Positions 1 to 11,257 of a stretch of DNA of 64,000 nucleotides are shown here, in pieces (the first letter of the stretch is position 1; each line of letters starts with the position of its first letter). The notes below the pieces were generated by a model. It was not told where the DNA came from. It was given only the letters and a program-made list of their open reading frames with translations, and did no database searches. Source of the DNA: Hyaloraphidium curvatum SAG 235-1. Its lineage: Eukaryota > Fungi > Monoblepharomycota. Location: assembly GCA_025558095.1 (NCBI GenBank), contig JAIVFI010000004.1:372001-436000 (forward strand), written 5' to 3'. A program made the translations under genes and the position numbers.

Positions 1-338
1 CGCACAGGCGATTCAATCGACGCGGCTTTTCGACAAATCGCGTATTTATATGCATTTCTAACGCCTCATAGCTGTGGACAACTTCACGTCCTCATGCGGG
101 GGCTCCGCGAGGTCCCAAACTTGAGCATGCCGTGCATGGAGCTCTGGGAGCGCTCGCTGACCAGTAGAGGATGGAAGAAAGCCATCATCCATCGGAATGA
201 CTTTATTGAACCATGTATGGTACATTGGGAGGGAAGTACAACATCTCTTCTATCCTAGTTGGTCTCGGGGAGGAGAACCGAGCACTAGCGTAGCGTGTAG
301 TGAAGTTCCAAGATCGCGGTTCGGCGGCGGGTCTCAGA

Positions 339-399
339 GAGTCTATCCAAGGGAGCCCTTGGATAGACTCCCCTTGGATAGACTCCCTTGGATAGACTC
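339..399. repeat. 15-bp unit CCCTTGGATAGACTC: one inverted copy plus three tandem copies
   Basis: GAGTCTATCCAAGGG at 339-353, a 2-nt spacer, then its perfect reverse complement at 356-370, 371-385 and 385-399 (last two share one C). Confidence 0.95.
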
Positions 400-967
400 C
401 CCCGAACTCCGCTCGGTTTCCGATAGCGATGGCTGGAGACCCGACCGGTGCCACGAGAGAGCACCAAGCCGGACGTCCAGCGGCCTTGTCGTCTGCTTCC
501 TACTGCCTCTGGACGGCGGCGCATCGGAACATTCCTTCCCCCTCGGTTCGTGCTCCGCCGTTTCGTGGCACGAATCCTGACCAACGGCCGTGTTCTCCCC
601 CATTCTCGCTCCTATCTGGACCGGAAAAAGATCCTCGGTGCCTCCGTTGGGGCAGCCAACGGCTGTACAGTGCTTGGGGGCCTCGCGATGTAGGTGCCGC
701 GAAGCTCCTTTTCGACACCCTTGTCTGACGTCTTTGAACCCCTTCCTCCTCACTTTCCGGCCCGTCTATGGTCGCTCGCGCTCATGTTCAAGCCGGTTGC
801 GGGCTCAGTTCGTGTGTGTGACGCTCTGGTACCCCTGTCTCTCGGCGGAACGTCTGTCGCGCTTCAGGGACCGAAACCGACCCGCCACCGCCTCCTCATC
901 CCGATCGAGCTTGCATTTGGCCCTCTCCTGCTTCATTGCGGGCCGCTGATTGTCCTTCTGGGCGGAG

Positions 968-2021
968 ATGGAGCCCCAGCATGCTTCCAGCGCGCTGGAC
1001 GTGTCCCACCTCGTTTCGCTCGTTGGAAAGTTCGGAACCTATGCCTCGGCGGCCCAGCTCGGATCTGGGCGAGGCCTGCGCTGGATTGCCTACGTCAGAA
1101 AGTCGCTGGACGACGGGAGCGACAATCTGTCGCTCGTGGATCAGATCGGGATCATCCGGGACTGGGCAACCGCGCGCGGGGACATTGTCGTCGCGGTGCA
1201 CGAAGAACTGGCCAGCGGGGCACTGCCCAAGGGGCCTGGGGCGTTCGAACGGAAGGAATTGCATGCTGCATTCGTCTCCTTGCTCGCCTCGAACGACTAC
1301 GCCGGCCTGGTCGTCGTCCGGCTGGACCGGTTGTCTCGCGACATGGTTGCGACCCACAGCTACATTCAGGAGCTCACCCAGGCCCGAAAATCCTTCGTTT
1401 GCGTCAACCAGCCCGAGCTGACCTTCTTCTGGAGCGGCTCGGCGCCGTCGGCTACTTCGTGGCTGTCACTCGCAATGAACTCGCTCATGGCACAGTTTGA
1501 GCGCGAACAGGCGAGCTTTCCCCGTCTTTTGAAGGCGTAGCACCTCTAATCATTGTTCATTTTAGGTTCGCGAACGGACCAAGACATCCGTTGCTCAGCG
1601 AGTGCGCCGCGGCATCGGTGTCTCGCTCCACTCCCCGTTCGGGACGCAGTTCGAGGCGACCATGCCTGACGGCACGCGACGCCTTTCGTTCAGCTCCAGT
1701 GACCTCGTCGGACGCGCCCGTTCGAACGGGAAAGCTTCACCGTTGAATATCGTGGACCATCCGGCTGAGAGAGAGCAGTTCCTCTTGCTTGCCGCCTTCC
1801 ACCTGTCAGCTCTTCGGAAAGGCCAGAAACGGGAGCCGCGGGAGTACGCGGATCTGCTTTCCAAGCACTCCGTGAACGTCAATCATCGGAACCCAGGAAA
1901 GCTGAGAACCAACGGGAACTTGGTCAAGGCGACGATCAAGTCGATCAAGTTCTTCTCCTCCAGGGACGGCGGTAGCTTCGAAGCGGCGGTTGCGGAGCAA
2001 ATGGCAAGACTGGAAACGTGA
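968..2021 (+). CDS. Serine recombinase (resolvase/invertase catalytic domain plus short recombinase-type C-terminal domain), 2 exons, about 332 aa
   Basis: Motifs AYVRKS (catalytic Ser), VVRLDRLSRD and MAQFEREQ. Removing a 55-nt GC-AG intron (1511-1565, GCGAGC...CTAAT...TTTAG) restores the helix-E motif AQFEREQVRERTK in frame with ORF 1602-2021. Confidence 0.88.
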
Positions 2022-3354
2022 ACGGGGCGTTCACGATCTGTGCCAGGGGTGGGGAGGCGCGGAGGACGGGGCAGATGCCAAGATAGACCATATCCTCTTG
2101 TAATCCTTTCCTCGACATTACTGCATCCTTATCTGTGTTTCAAGCAGTCATTTCCATTCATTTGATTCCGTCTTTGATGCCAAGCCCGCGAAATCTAGAT
2201 GGTCTTGCCGGAAACGTACACGAGGAGGCAGACAGGTCACCATCGGCCACGGAGCTGCTCGTCGACATGGCATCGGCAATCCTGCATGTTGTGTTCTCCA
2301 TCTTCGGCAACCAGCCGCTTCTCGGGAGGGGTTCTGAAGTGTGGGCGAAAAGTTGGCCACATCTGAGGTGACCAGGGGACCAAGCGTCCCTCGCGTGAAG
2401 CCCCAAACAAGAGCAATCAAAAACGACATTTGCTCTCTTCACCAAAGAACCCGTTGCGCTTGATTCCAACAGGTAGATCGCGCCAACGGCGCGCAGCGCG
2501 TCTCGAGCGTCGACAGTCCGTGAGCAGCGAGCCCGCCATAAGATCCACGTGACACGCTGAAAGAGCTCCCTCCAACGAACATCCGACGGAGCGAAGAGCC
2601 AAGAAATGAGCACATTCGAAGGGCGAGCGCGACAAACTTCGAGCCGGCCAAATCCTGCAGCACACGAGCGACGCGGCCCATTCCGCCCGTGCCTGAGGTT
2701 TCTAAAGGTTCCCAAAAGTGCTCTCGGCGCGCGGTGCTCGAAGGCACCCGCGTCGCGTCACAGCGAGGAGATGTGCATGGTTTTCCGTGCCCCAAGAGTC
2801 CGGAAACGCGTTGCTTCAGGTTCCACTGGCCAACTGCTCCATAGAAAAGATAAAATCATCGGATAACCGTGTTTCCAGGAGGACTGCAGCCCGCGAGGCG
2901 ACTCCGCGCAAGGTCCGGGAAGAGCACCATGTCCTGGACCCCGGCGCCGCAGAACTCCACATCGAGCACCAGGGAGGCAATCGGGAGGTCTCGAGACGCG
3001 CCAGGAGAGCCGGGAATGGGCCAGAATCGCGCAAAATGGCGTGGAAACGGGCTCCGGATTCGGGTCAGTAAACATTATTTTCCTTAATAGATTTTTCAAT
3101 CTCCAGGTAATCAAAAACAAAAATCGCCGGTCCGGCCCATCATCGCCGTTCAGATCGCAGCCTTCGAATCTTCCCTCTCCCTCGCTACCTGGGAAGAGCA
3201 ATGCCTTTACCCGCCGGGATCGAATTAGGATGGCACAGTTCCGGCGCGGCGCAGTAGCGGACGCCCCAATCCTGTCGAGTCTGGAACAATCGCTTCTTGC
3301 GAAGCCACCGCAGCCATACACAGTTAATGTAGCTCCCGTGCAGAGTTCGATACC

Positions 3355-4002
3355 TTATAACGCCTTGATGATGTACTTGAGCACGATGAAAGGCGGCATG
3401 TTTTCGTGCGCCTTTCCACCTCCCTCGACGGCGGAGCGGCCATCGGATGGCGTGTTGCCTCCGAAAGGACCTTTCGACTGGAAGCCGACCGTACTGCCAC
3501 CACTGGACGCCATGTCTAGATTGCCATTGACACTCACGTCCTTGCCATCAGGTCCCATTCGCACCCTGTGCGAGTGCGAGGGCATCTCGTCGATTGTGAG
3601 CACGTGTGTCTCGGTGCCCCCCGTGGCACCTGGAGCACGTTTAGATAGGCTGTCGCGCGCCTCATTCGCTTGACCCAGCACGAACCGCGCCCTGAGGTCT
3701 GGAAGACGGGCCGCGCCAAACGGGGTTGTTCCGTCATGCTCGAGCACTTTAAGCAAGCGTGCGTAGCGGCCTTGTTCGTCCACCGTCAGCGCGCGCCCAT
3801 CACACTCGAGCCACTTTTCGGGCACGTCTTTGCCTGCGTAGGCGACGACCGTGCCGATGGGCAGCTCGCCGGGCAGGAGCGCGGCTTGAAGTGTGTTGGT
3901 GATACTGCCTTGGGGGGTTGACTGGGCGCCTGGTGGCTGCAGCACTTGGCGTAGAAGATCTACGGCCCGCTGTATATCGGCCGGGTCATGCTTCGATGCC
4001 AT
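3355..4002 (-). CDS. Phage tail collar domain protein (microcystin-dependent-protein-like), intronless, about 215 aa
   Basis: LPIGTVVAYAG..P..WLECDG, LPDLRARFVLG, GATGGTETHVLTIDEMPSHSH and the C-terminal GGGKAHENMPPFIVLKYIIK are the tail-collar signature motifs. Confidence 0.88.
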   Translation of the reverse strand: MASKHDPADIQRAVDLLRQVLQPPGAQSTPQGSITNTLQAALLPGELPIGTVVAYAGKDVPEKWLECDGRALTVDEQGRYARLLKVLEHDGTTPFGAARLPDLRARFVLGQANEARDSLSKRAPGATGGTETHVLTIDEMPSHSHRVRMGPDGKDVSVNGNLDMASSGGSTVGFQSKGPFGGNTPSDGRSAVEGGGKAHENMPPFIVLKYIIKAL

Positions 4003-4315
4003 TGTTGCTTGATGTGGGTGTGCCTTGGTATGGTGTGTGCCGCGTGGCGCACCCGGAGAAATCCACGGGAGAGACAGCGGCACGCGACCTGCGCACGCGC
4101 GACCTGCGCGGTGGCGGAAGGCGAGTCATGAGCATCGCTTCCGGCACGGCCGGCCGCATTCGGCCCAGGGTTCACCTTCGTGATTGACAGTCATGCGTTT
4201 GTGGACCCGTTTTGGGTGCAGTCAGTCGCCCAACATCACCATCACAACTCTGAAGATGTTCATGGACTCTCGACGCTGCTGGGACTAGCTTCAGCTGAAC
4301 CGCGCAATTCAAGGC

Positions 4316-5108
4316 GTGGGCCCGACCCACACGGCATCCATGCTCGAGGACTACGCCGACGAGCCCCACAAGGGCGGCTGGGTCATGACACCCGACGCCG
4401 CGCTCCGGCTGACGGCAGCGGCCAACGCCGCCGGCATCGACGTGCACATCCACGCCTGCGGCGACGCCGGCGTGCGCGTGGCCCTCGACGCCTTTGAAAA
4501 CGTCCGCAAAACCCGACCGGACCTCACCCCCCGGAACACCGTCAGCCACCTCGAATTCTGCCACCCCGACGACGTCGAGCGGTTCGCCGAGCTCGGCGTG
4601 ACGGCCAACGGCACCCCCATCTGGGGCTGCGACTACCGCGGCGAGTTCGTCGACGCCTATCCGGCCCGGGAGCGAGCGATTCCCGCGGGACTACTGCCCC
4701 TACGGCGCCGTCGTCAAGACGGGGGCCAACGTCACGTTCGGCGCGGACTGCCCGGGGTGCGAGGTGCACGAGATCGCCCCGCTGGTGCAAATGGAGGTCG
4801 CCGTGACCCGCCGCCGGCCCGGGCGCGCGGACGACAGGCCCGTGGGGCCCGACAACGGCGTGTCGGTTGCCGAGGCGCTGAGGTGCTACACCCTGAACGG
4901 GGCCTACGCGCTGCGCCTCGAAAAAGAGACGGGGAGCATCAGGGTTGGGAAGAGGGCGGACCTGGTGCTGCTGGGGGCGAGCCCGTTCGGCGTGGCGCCG
5001 CACCGGATCCACGCCATCCCGGTGCTCTTCACCATGCTCGGGGGGAGGGTCACGCACTCGGCGCTGAATGCCGGAGTAGAGGCGGCGGACGAGCAGGCCA
5101 AGATCTGA
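4316..5108 (+). pseudogene. 5'-truncated, frameshifted amidohydrolase-3 (YtcJ-like) fragment
   Basis: IHACGDAGV, SHLE, FGAD, EALRCYTLNGAY and GSIRVGKRADLVLL motifs. Frame change near 4670. N-terminal half is absent. Confidence 0.8.
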
Positions 5109-5498
5109 TCCTGGTTGTCACGATTTTGAAGACCCAAACCGCATACTGTGAAACAGATTGTGTATCGCCCGGAGACACTAAATGCTAGTAGGATCAATCA
5201 TCGGTCAATCAGCAGTGAATCAGTCAGTCCAGCGTTTTGGTCTCGTTCTGCGTAAACTCTGGGAGTGCATGCAACCGACCCATGGAGCATGCCATGAGCC
5301 CGTCCACGTTTACGTCCTTTTATCGATCATTTCAAGCCGCCGAATCTCATGTAAGTCTGAACCAGACATCTGCTATTTAGACATCGACGCCACCAAAATA
5401 CATTCCGCAGCTACAACTGAACATCTGGTAGCACCGCTTCCAGGTCGAGAATGTGCCACGCTCGCCATGCGGAACGTGTCTCCCCGTCCACCTCGTCA

Positions 5499-8400
5499 TC
5501 AAAGATCCGCTCCCGGTCCATCGATCATGCACTGGGGCACGTGAGGGTGCTCCTCTATCGTGACGTGTGCCGCGGGCACGACGCCGCTCTGATCCAGCCC
5601 CACCGGGTTGGACCCATCGAGCCAGACCACCTGCCAGCCCGCACCCAGTGTGCGGAAGAGGTGGAACATCTGCGACGATGTGCCCGCGTGGTGCAGGTTT
5701 ATTTTTTCGTTGATGTTTTCGTCGTGTCCGGCATGGCGCGCAAAGAGCCGGCGGCAGACCTCCTGCGCCGCGGGCAGCCGCTCGGCATTGTCCGACACCC
5801 ACAAAACGGTGCCGTTTAAGCGACCGTTTCTGCCAAAAAGGTCGGCGAGAGACGCGACCTCGTCTCGCCTGGCGTTTGCTGGGTCTTGGCGGCGGGGGGG
5901 CCCCAGCTCGATCTTGAAGCCCGGGTTCACCAGCACGCAGCCCATTGGATGGTCCGTGATCGAGCAGGCCCCATCCCTGTTGTCGCGGTCCGCAAAGAAC
6001 TTGCCGCACCGGACACAGGGATGCATCTGCTCGGACGACTTCAGCGGCGGCGGAGACTGCCAGGTTGCGCGGGGGACCCACGTCGGCTTTGCTTTTCCTG
6101 ATCCGCTCCTCTTCCTCGTCCGCTTCCGACGCGGGCCAGAAGATCCGCCTGCTGAGGACGTGCAACAGGTACGGATGCTGCACCGACACGCAGTAGATGT
6201 GCCTGAACCTTCCCGGCGCCCGCGACGAGGCATCCAGCGCCTCGTTCATGCTCTCCACCACGGCATCCATGGTGGCCTGCCGCCGGATCTCGTACGTAAC
6301 GTTGGGCGCCTCGTAGGTGGCCGTCAGGGGGCCCACTGCCGCGCTCGTGACGGGCCGCGACTCGCCCGGGCGCTCGTGGAGCTGCACGAGGCCGTTGAGG
6401 TCGACGAGGGTGACGGACGACCTAATCTTGAGCCGCTCCGCAAAGGCATCGTTGACGGCCGCGGCGACCGCGGCGTCCTCGCCGGAGCCGGCGCTCATCC
6501 GGTCCAGGAGGGCAAAGTGCCCCGCCGGCGCCTCGATGCAGGCCCGGAGGAGGGTCTGCGCCGCGAACCGGGCGGCGGCGCCCGAAGCTGGGTCTACCGG
6601 GAGCGCCAGATCCAGCGTGGACCTCGGCGGGGGATCCGAATCCAGGTTGCGGTCCTGGAGGTGCTCCAGGAGGATCTCCAGCAGGTCGCACACGCGGTCG
6701 ACCACGTGCCCCCGTATGTCGGCGACCTCGTGCTCCGCAAAGACGGGGTCGGGCACCCACTGCCTCGAGTTGAACCAGGTCTCCTCGTACAGGGAGTCCT
6801 TCTCCGAGGGCGTGAGGTTGTCGACCTGCCTTGCACGATCCGCAGGGACGCCCCTGCCGGCCAACCTCTGCTGGTGGATCTGCCCCACCCTGGCCGCGAT
6901 CTGCGCTGTGTTGAGTGCCGCGAAGGAGGAAAACCGGGCCAGACGGAGAAACACCCCGGCCTTCTCCTCCGCACGGCGCAAGGCCCTGCGATCCGCCGCA
7001 TTGGGTTGAAACGGAACCCACGCCGCGCCTCCGTTTTCGCCGGGCCTCTGCCAACCCGTCCCGACCCTGCGCACCAGAACGCGGTCGTCGTCCGCCACGA
7101 CCCCGAACGCGTGGTACGGCACGCCTACAACGGGTTGCTCCAGCGGGCCCGCGACCGCGATCCCCGCGCCAAAGATGCCCTGGACCCGCACATCCAGCGG
7201 TCCCACCTCCTCCCCTATGCGCTCCCACAGCTGACTGTCCGCCAGCAGCGTCCAAGCATCGGACAGCTCGTCGGACCCCCACACCGGCTTCCCCTGGAGC
7301 TCCCGCGCGCGGGCCAGCGCGGCCCTCACCTCTCCCACCCCGCCCGTCCTCTCGATCCTCGCCCAGATGCACGGCCTGTCCCCGTTTCTCCGCAGCCCTG
7401 TGCAATCCAGGACGATGCGGCCGGTGAGCGGCGTCCCCGTGCCGCGGAAGTGCGCCCCGAGCTCCCGCACCAGGTCCTCCCCGGCCCTCGCCAGCGCGCC
7501 CTCGGCGGGGTACATCCGCGGGACCACCTCGCCGGCGACGAGCACCCTCTCGGCCCTCGCGAACGCCGCTAGCGCCGCGCGGAGGACGGACCGCAGGCCC
7601 ACCGCCGAGTGCGGGCCGCGCAGCATCTGCTGGGTGGCGGGGTGCGGCAGCTCGAGGGTGCGGCAGACGCGGCGGGCGATGCGCTCCTCGGCCCCGGCGA
7701 TCTGGGCGAGGGTCAGGCGCAGGCGGTTGGAGGCGCGCCGCATGTGGTCGTGCGAGAAGCCGAGGGTCCAGGCCACGGCGTCGCTGAGGAGCTGCTCGCG
7801 GGGTTCGGCGTCGGGGGCGTAGCGTTGGAGCACCCCGTTTTGCCCTCCGAGCTGCAGGTTGATCCAGGCGCGGCGGCCGGCGGTGTCGGGTCTGCCTGCG
7901 GGCGGGGGGGGGGGGGGGGCTGGTCGGCCCGTGTCGCGCCGGACGAGGAGCCCGAAGCGCACTCACCCATGTACACCTGCGTGGACGCGCGCCGACGGAA
8001 CGCGGGGTCCATCCGGTCGAGGTAGTTGGTTCCGCCGATCACGATGAAGTTGGGCACGTCCTGCACGCCGCCGATCTGCGACAGGAGGACGCCGCGCAGG
8101 TCGTTCTTGGAGCCCTCGGCCTTGTCCCCCACGGGGGCGATGCCGTCGATCTCGTCGATGGCGGCGGCACACACGCGCCAGGGCACGAGCCCCGCGCGGT
8201 TGGCGAGCGCCCTGACCATGCCCGCGTTCTCGCCCACGTAGCCGCGCGCAAAGTCCGCCGCGCTGAGCGGCTCGCAGACGAGCTGTATGCCCAGAGAGGC
8301 GCACAACCCGCGCATGGCGTGGGTCTTGCCGGTCCCCGGCGGCCCGTGCAGCAGCGCGCCGCGGGGCATGTCCGCGTCCTTGCCGGTGTAGTCGAGCAGC

Positions 8401-9617
8401 TCGGGCAGCAGCACGTCCAGCACGTCGTCGATGCCCACCATGGCGACGATGCTGCGCGCGCCGGGCCTGGTGCCGGCGTCGCCCTCTTCGCGCCTCGTCA
8501 GCGCGCCGATGACGACCTCGTCGCGCAGCGGGGACGGGCGCTCGGGCACCGCGCCGAACGTGACCTTTGACAGCGGCTCGAGCCTGGGCGCGGCGATGCA
8601 CCACGCGGCGACCTCGGTGTGGCGGGGGTCGTACACCGGCACGCCCTCGCTGCGCACGACGGCCTGATGGGCGTCGAAGTAGTGGAACATGCGCAGGAGG
8701 TTGTGCATCTGCGCGCGAGCCCACAGCCGGGCGTCCGAAGCCCACTCGTTGCGCGCGTCGTCCCACTGCTTGCGCGCGCGGTCTGTCGGCGGGCCGCCGT
8801 CTGCGGCCAGCAGGCGCAGGCCGACGCGGTCGAGGTCGAAGGCGGCCTCGGCCTGCGCGGCGAGGTCCAGCCCGCGGTCGCCCGCGGGCTCGACGGCGAC
8901 GGCGACGTGCGGCGGCAGGATGTCGCACCTGAACGCGTCCTTGATGAGCAGCGCGGCGACGTTGACGGGCGGCTGCGGGGCGGGCGGCTGCGGGGCGGGC
9001 GGCGGGGCCATCCCGCCCAGCAGGTTCGCGAAGGGGTTCTCGGCGAGCGGGGGCGCGGGCGCGCGGGGGGCGGACGCGGCGCCGCGGCTGCGGTCGTCGG
9101 GCGGCTCGCGCACGGCGATGGGCGCGAACGGGCCGCCGGCGGGGTCGCACGCCTGCGCGGCGCGCAGCGACGCCCAGTAGCGCAGCGCGCCCGGCAGCCC
9201 CAGCGACAGCGCGCGGCGGTGCGCGCGCGCCATTGCGTGCAGCCCGAGGCCCTCGCCGGCCTCGCCGTCGTGCACGCGCAGCGTCAGCCGCGGCCGCACC
9301 GCCCACGCGGCCGCCGCGCCGCTCCATGCCGGCCAGTCCGACGGGGCCGCGCCGCCGAGGCACGCGCGCAGCGCCGCGCACCGCAGCAGCGGCGGGTCCG
9401 CCGCGAGCGCCGCGTCCGCGTAGTCCTGCTGGCCGACCGCAAGCACCTCGCGGAGCACGCTCACCGCGTGGTCTTCCTCGGCGACCAGCGGGCGCGCCGC
9501 CTTCGCGAGCACCTCCGCGTCTCTTGCGAGCTGCTCCCGCGCCGCGGCCGTGTCGAGGTCGTCCGCCGCCTCGTCGAGCAGCACCAGCCGCCGCCGCTGC
9601 TGCGCGTCGAGCTCCAT
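5499..9617 (-). CDS. Large AAA+ ATPase, at least 3 exons, with C-terminal Cys/His motif
   Basis: Walker A GALLHGPPGTGKT, Walker B IDEID, SRH GGTNYLDRMDPAFRRR. In-frame introns 7896-7966 (GTGAGT...CAG) and 6027-6081 (GTGGGT...CAG). Last exon has CxxC (CVRCGKFF..DN.DGAC..H). Start is uncertain. Confidence 0.8.
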
Positions 9618-9768
9618 GCGTGCGGTCTCAACCGGTGCTGGATGGAGCTGGCGGTGCTGAGCGGGTGCTGCTGCGATAACTCTAAAACCCCTCCCACATC
9701 CTCACTCTCGACAGCCAACGTCTAACCCCAACGTCTCAAGTGTCCAAGCGCACGTACATCCAGAGCCA

Positions 9769-11138
9769 TCAGTCGAGCACGAGCTCCCATCTGGCGACCG
9801 CCGGCTGTCCCGAAGCAGCGTCCTCGACGACCATCGGACCGTGCCTCCAAACGCCCGCCCTTGTCTTGTAGCTCAGGAGAGCCAACGAGCACTGGTGCCC
9901 GATCTTCATGCTCTTGTCCTTGAGCCGCTCGATTCCGATTCCCGTCAGGGACGCGAGGCCGGCCCAGACCAGGTTGTCGACCTCTTCCTCCTGGTGCTTG
10001 AGGGTGCAGAGCGTGTCGCCGACCGCCGCCATGACGACGGTGCCGTTCGGGGCATCGTTTTTCAGCTTGCAAACGTGGCTGTAGAAGCGCGTGGCCTCGG
10101 CGTCGCCGCCCACGAACAGGTTGAAGTTGTGCGTTTCGGGCTGCATGCCGCCGACGGTCAGCATGCGGGCCGTATGTGGCGCCGCGGGAGCCTTACCGCA
10201 CGGTCTATGCCCCCCGTGAACGCCACGATCCGGATCCCGATGTTCCACCCGATCCTGGTGGCGGCGTCCCGGGGCCCGGCCAGCCATGGGAACACCTCCC
10301 CGCGCCAGAATAGCGTGCTGTCCGCGGCGCGCGCGCCCGCCGGCCCGACCTTGAACTCCTGCGAGCCAACGTACAACACGCGCTGTCCGCGCGGGACAGG
10401 ATCCGGCGCCTTGCCCGGCGGCTGCACGGCGAGGATGGCCTGCATGCCCCGCGAGAGGGCCACCAGCGGCACCGTAAGCGTCGGCACGGGGGGCAGCTGC
10501 GCGACCAGGGTCTCCAGCATGTGGCCGATGGCGCCCGGGGCGTACAGGGTCCAGTCCGCCATTTCGTGAAGCGCGATGTGCTCCTGGAACGACCGGAGCC
10601 GGGCCTCGGGGACCGCGGCGCGCAGCGCCCTCGACACGCGCTGGAACCGCGAGGTTTCGTCGCGGGCGTCGGCGCCGGCGATCCGCGCGAGCTGCACGAG
10701 ATGGTTCGACGCGGCGGCGAAGCCGCCCCGGTCGACGAGCACGGGCAGGTACCGGTCGCGGAGGTCCACGTCCGCGCCGGGCAGCGCGTCCGCGTCGCGC
10801 CAGATGTCGTCGCGGGCGAGCCCGGCGGCCTGGCGCACGGTTGCAGCCGCGGCTGTGCCCGCCGGCACCACGACCAGGGCGGTGTCCTCGTGCAGCTCGC
10901 CCGCGGCGATGACGGCGGATCCCGCGGCGCTGATGACGTAGGGTCCCCCGTGGAAGGTTCTGGAGGTGAACGGGGGCACCTGGAGGACGGGGGCGACGCG
11001 CCCTTCGTAGGGCGGGGGCGCGTCTTTGTCCTTGGCCGGCTCGGGCAGCTCCAGCGAGGACACGAAGACGGGCGCCGCCGATGCGTTGGCGACCACGAGC
11101 CGGAAGGCCCGCGCCGGCGGCGCAGACGCGCTGTCCAT
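9769..11138 (-). CDS. Hypothetical protein, 2 exons (may be the 5' part of the AAA ATPase gene)
   Basis: ORF MDSASAPPARAFRLVV... joined through intron 10141-10196 (GTAAGG...CAG) to PETHNFNLF...WELVLD. No recognisable domain. Confidence 0.55.
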
Positions 11139-11257
11139 GCTGTAGGGAACACGTTGAGAACTGAGTTGAGACTGATGCTTGCTGGCCACGCAACGCAGCG
11201 CCTGACTGAACCCTGAACCCACCGCCACATCGTCCATCGCAGGTCGGGCACGCCGCC

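Noticed and set aside
339-399. Possible CRISPR array
   Set aside because: Units are 15 bp and directly abut with no unique spacers. The context is eukaryotic and no cas genes are present.
2022-3354. Short ORFs and an AT-rich patch (about 3068-3125) between recombinase and collar gene
   Set aside because: No recognisable domain, repeat or RNA structure could be supported by eye.
7904-7919. Poly-G run
   Set aside because: It is the pyrimidine tract of the minus-strand intron 7896-7966.
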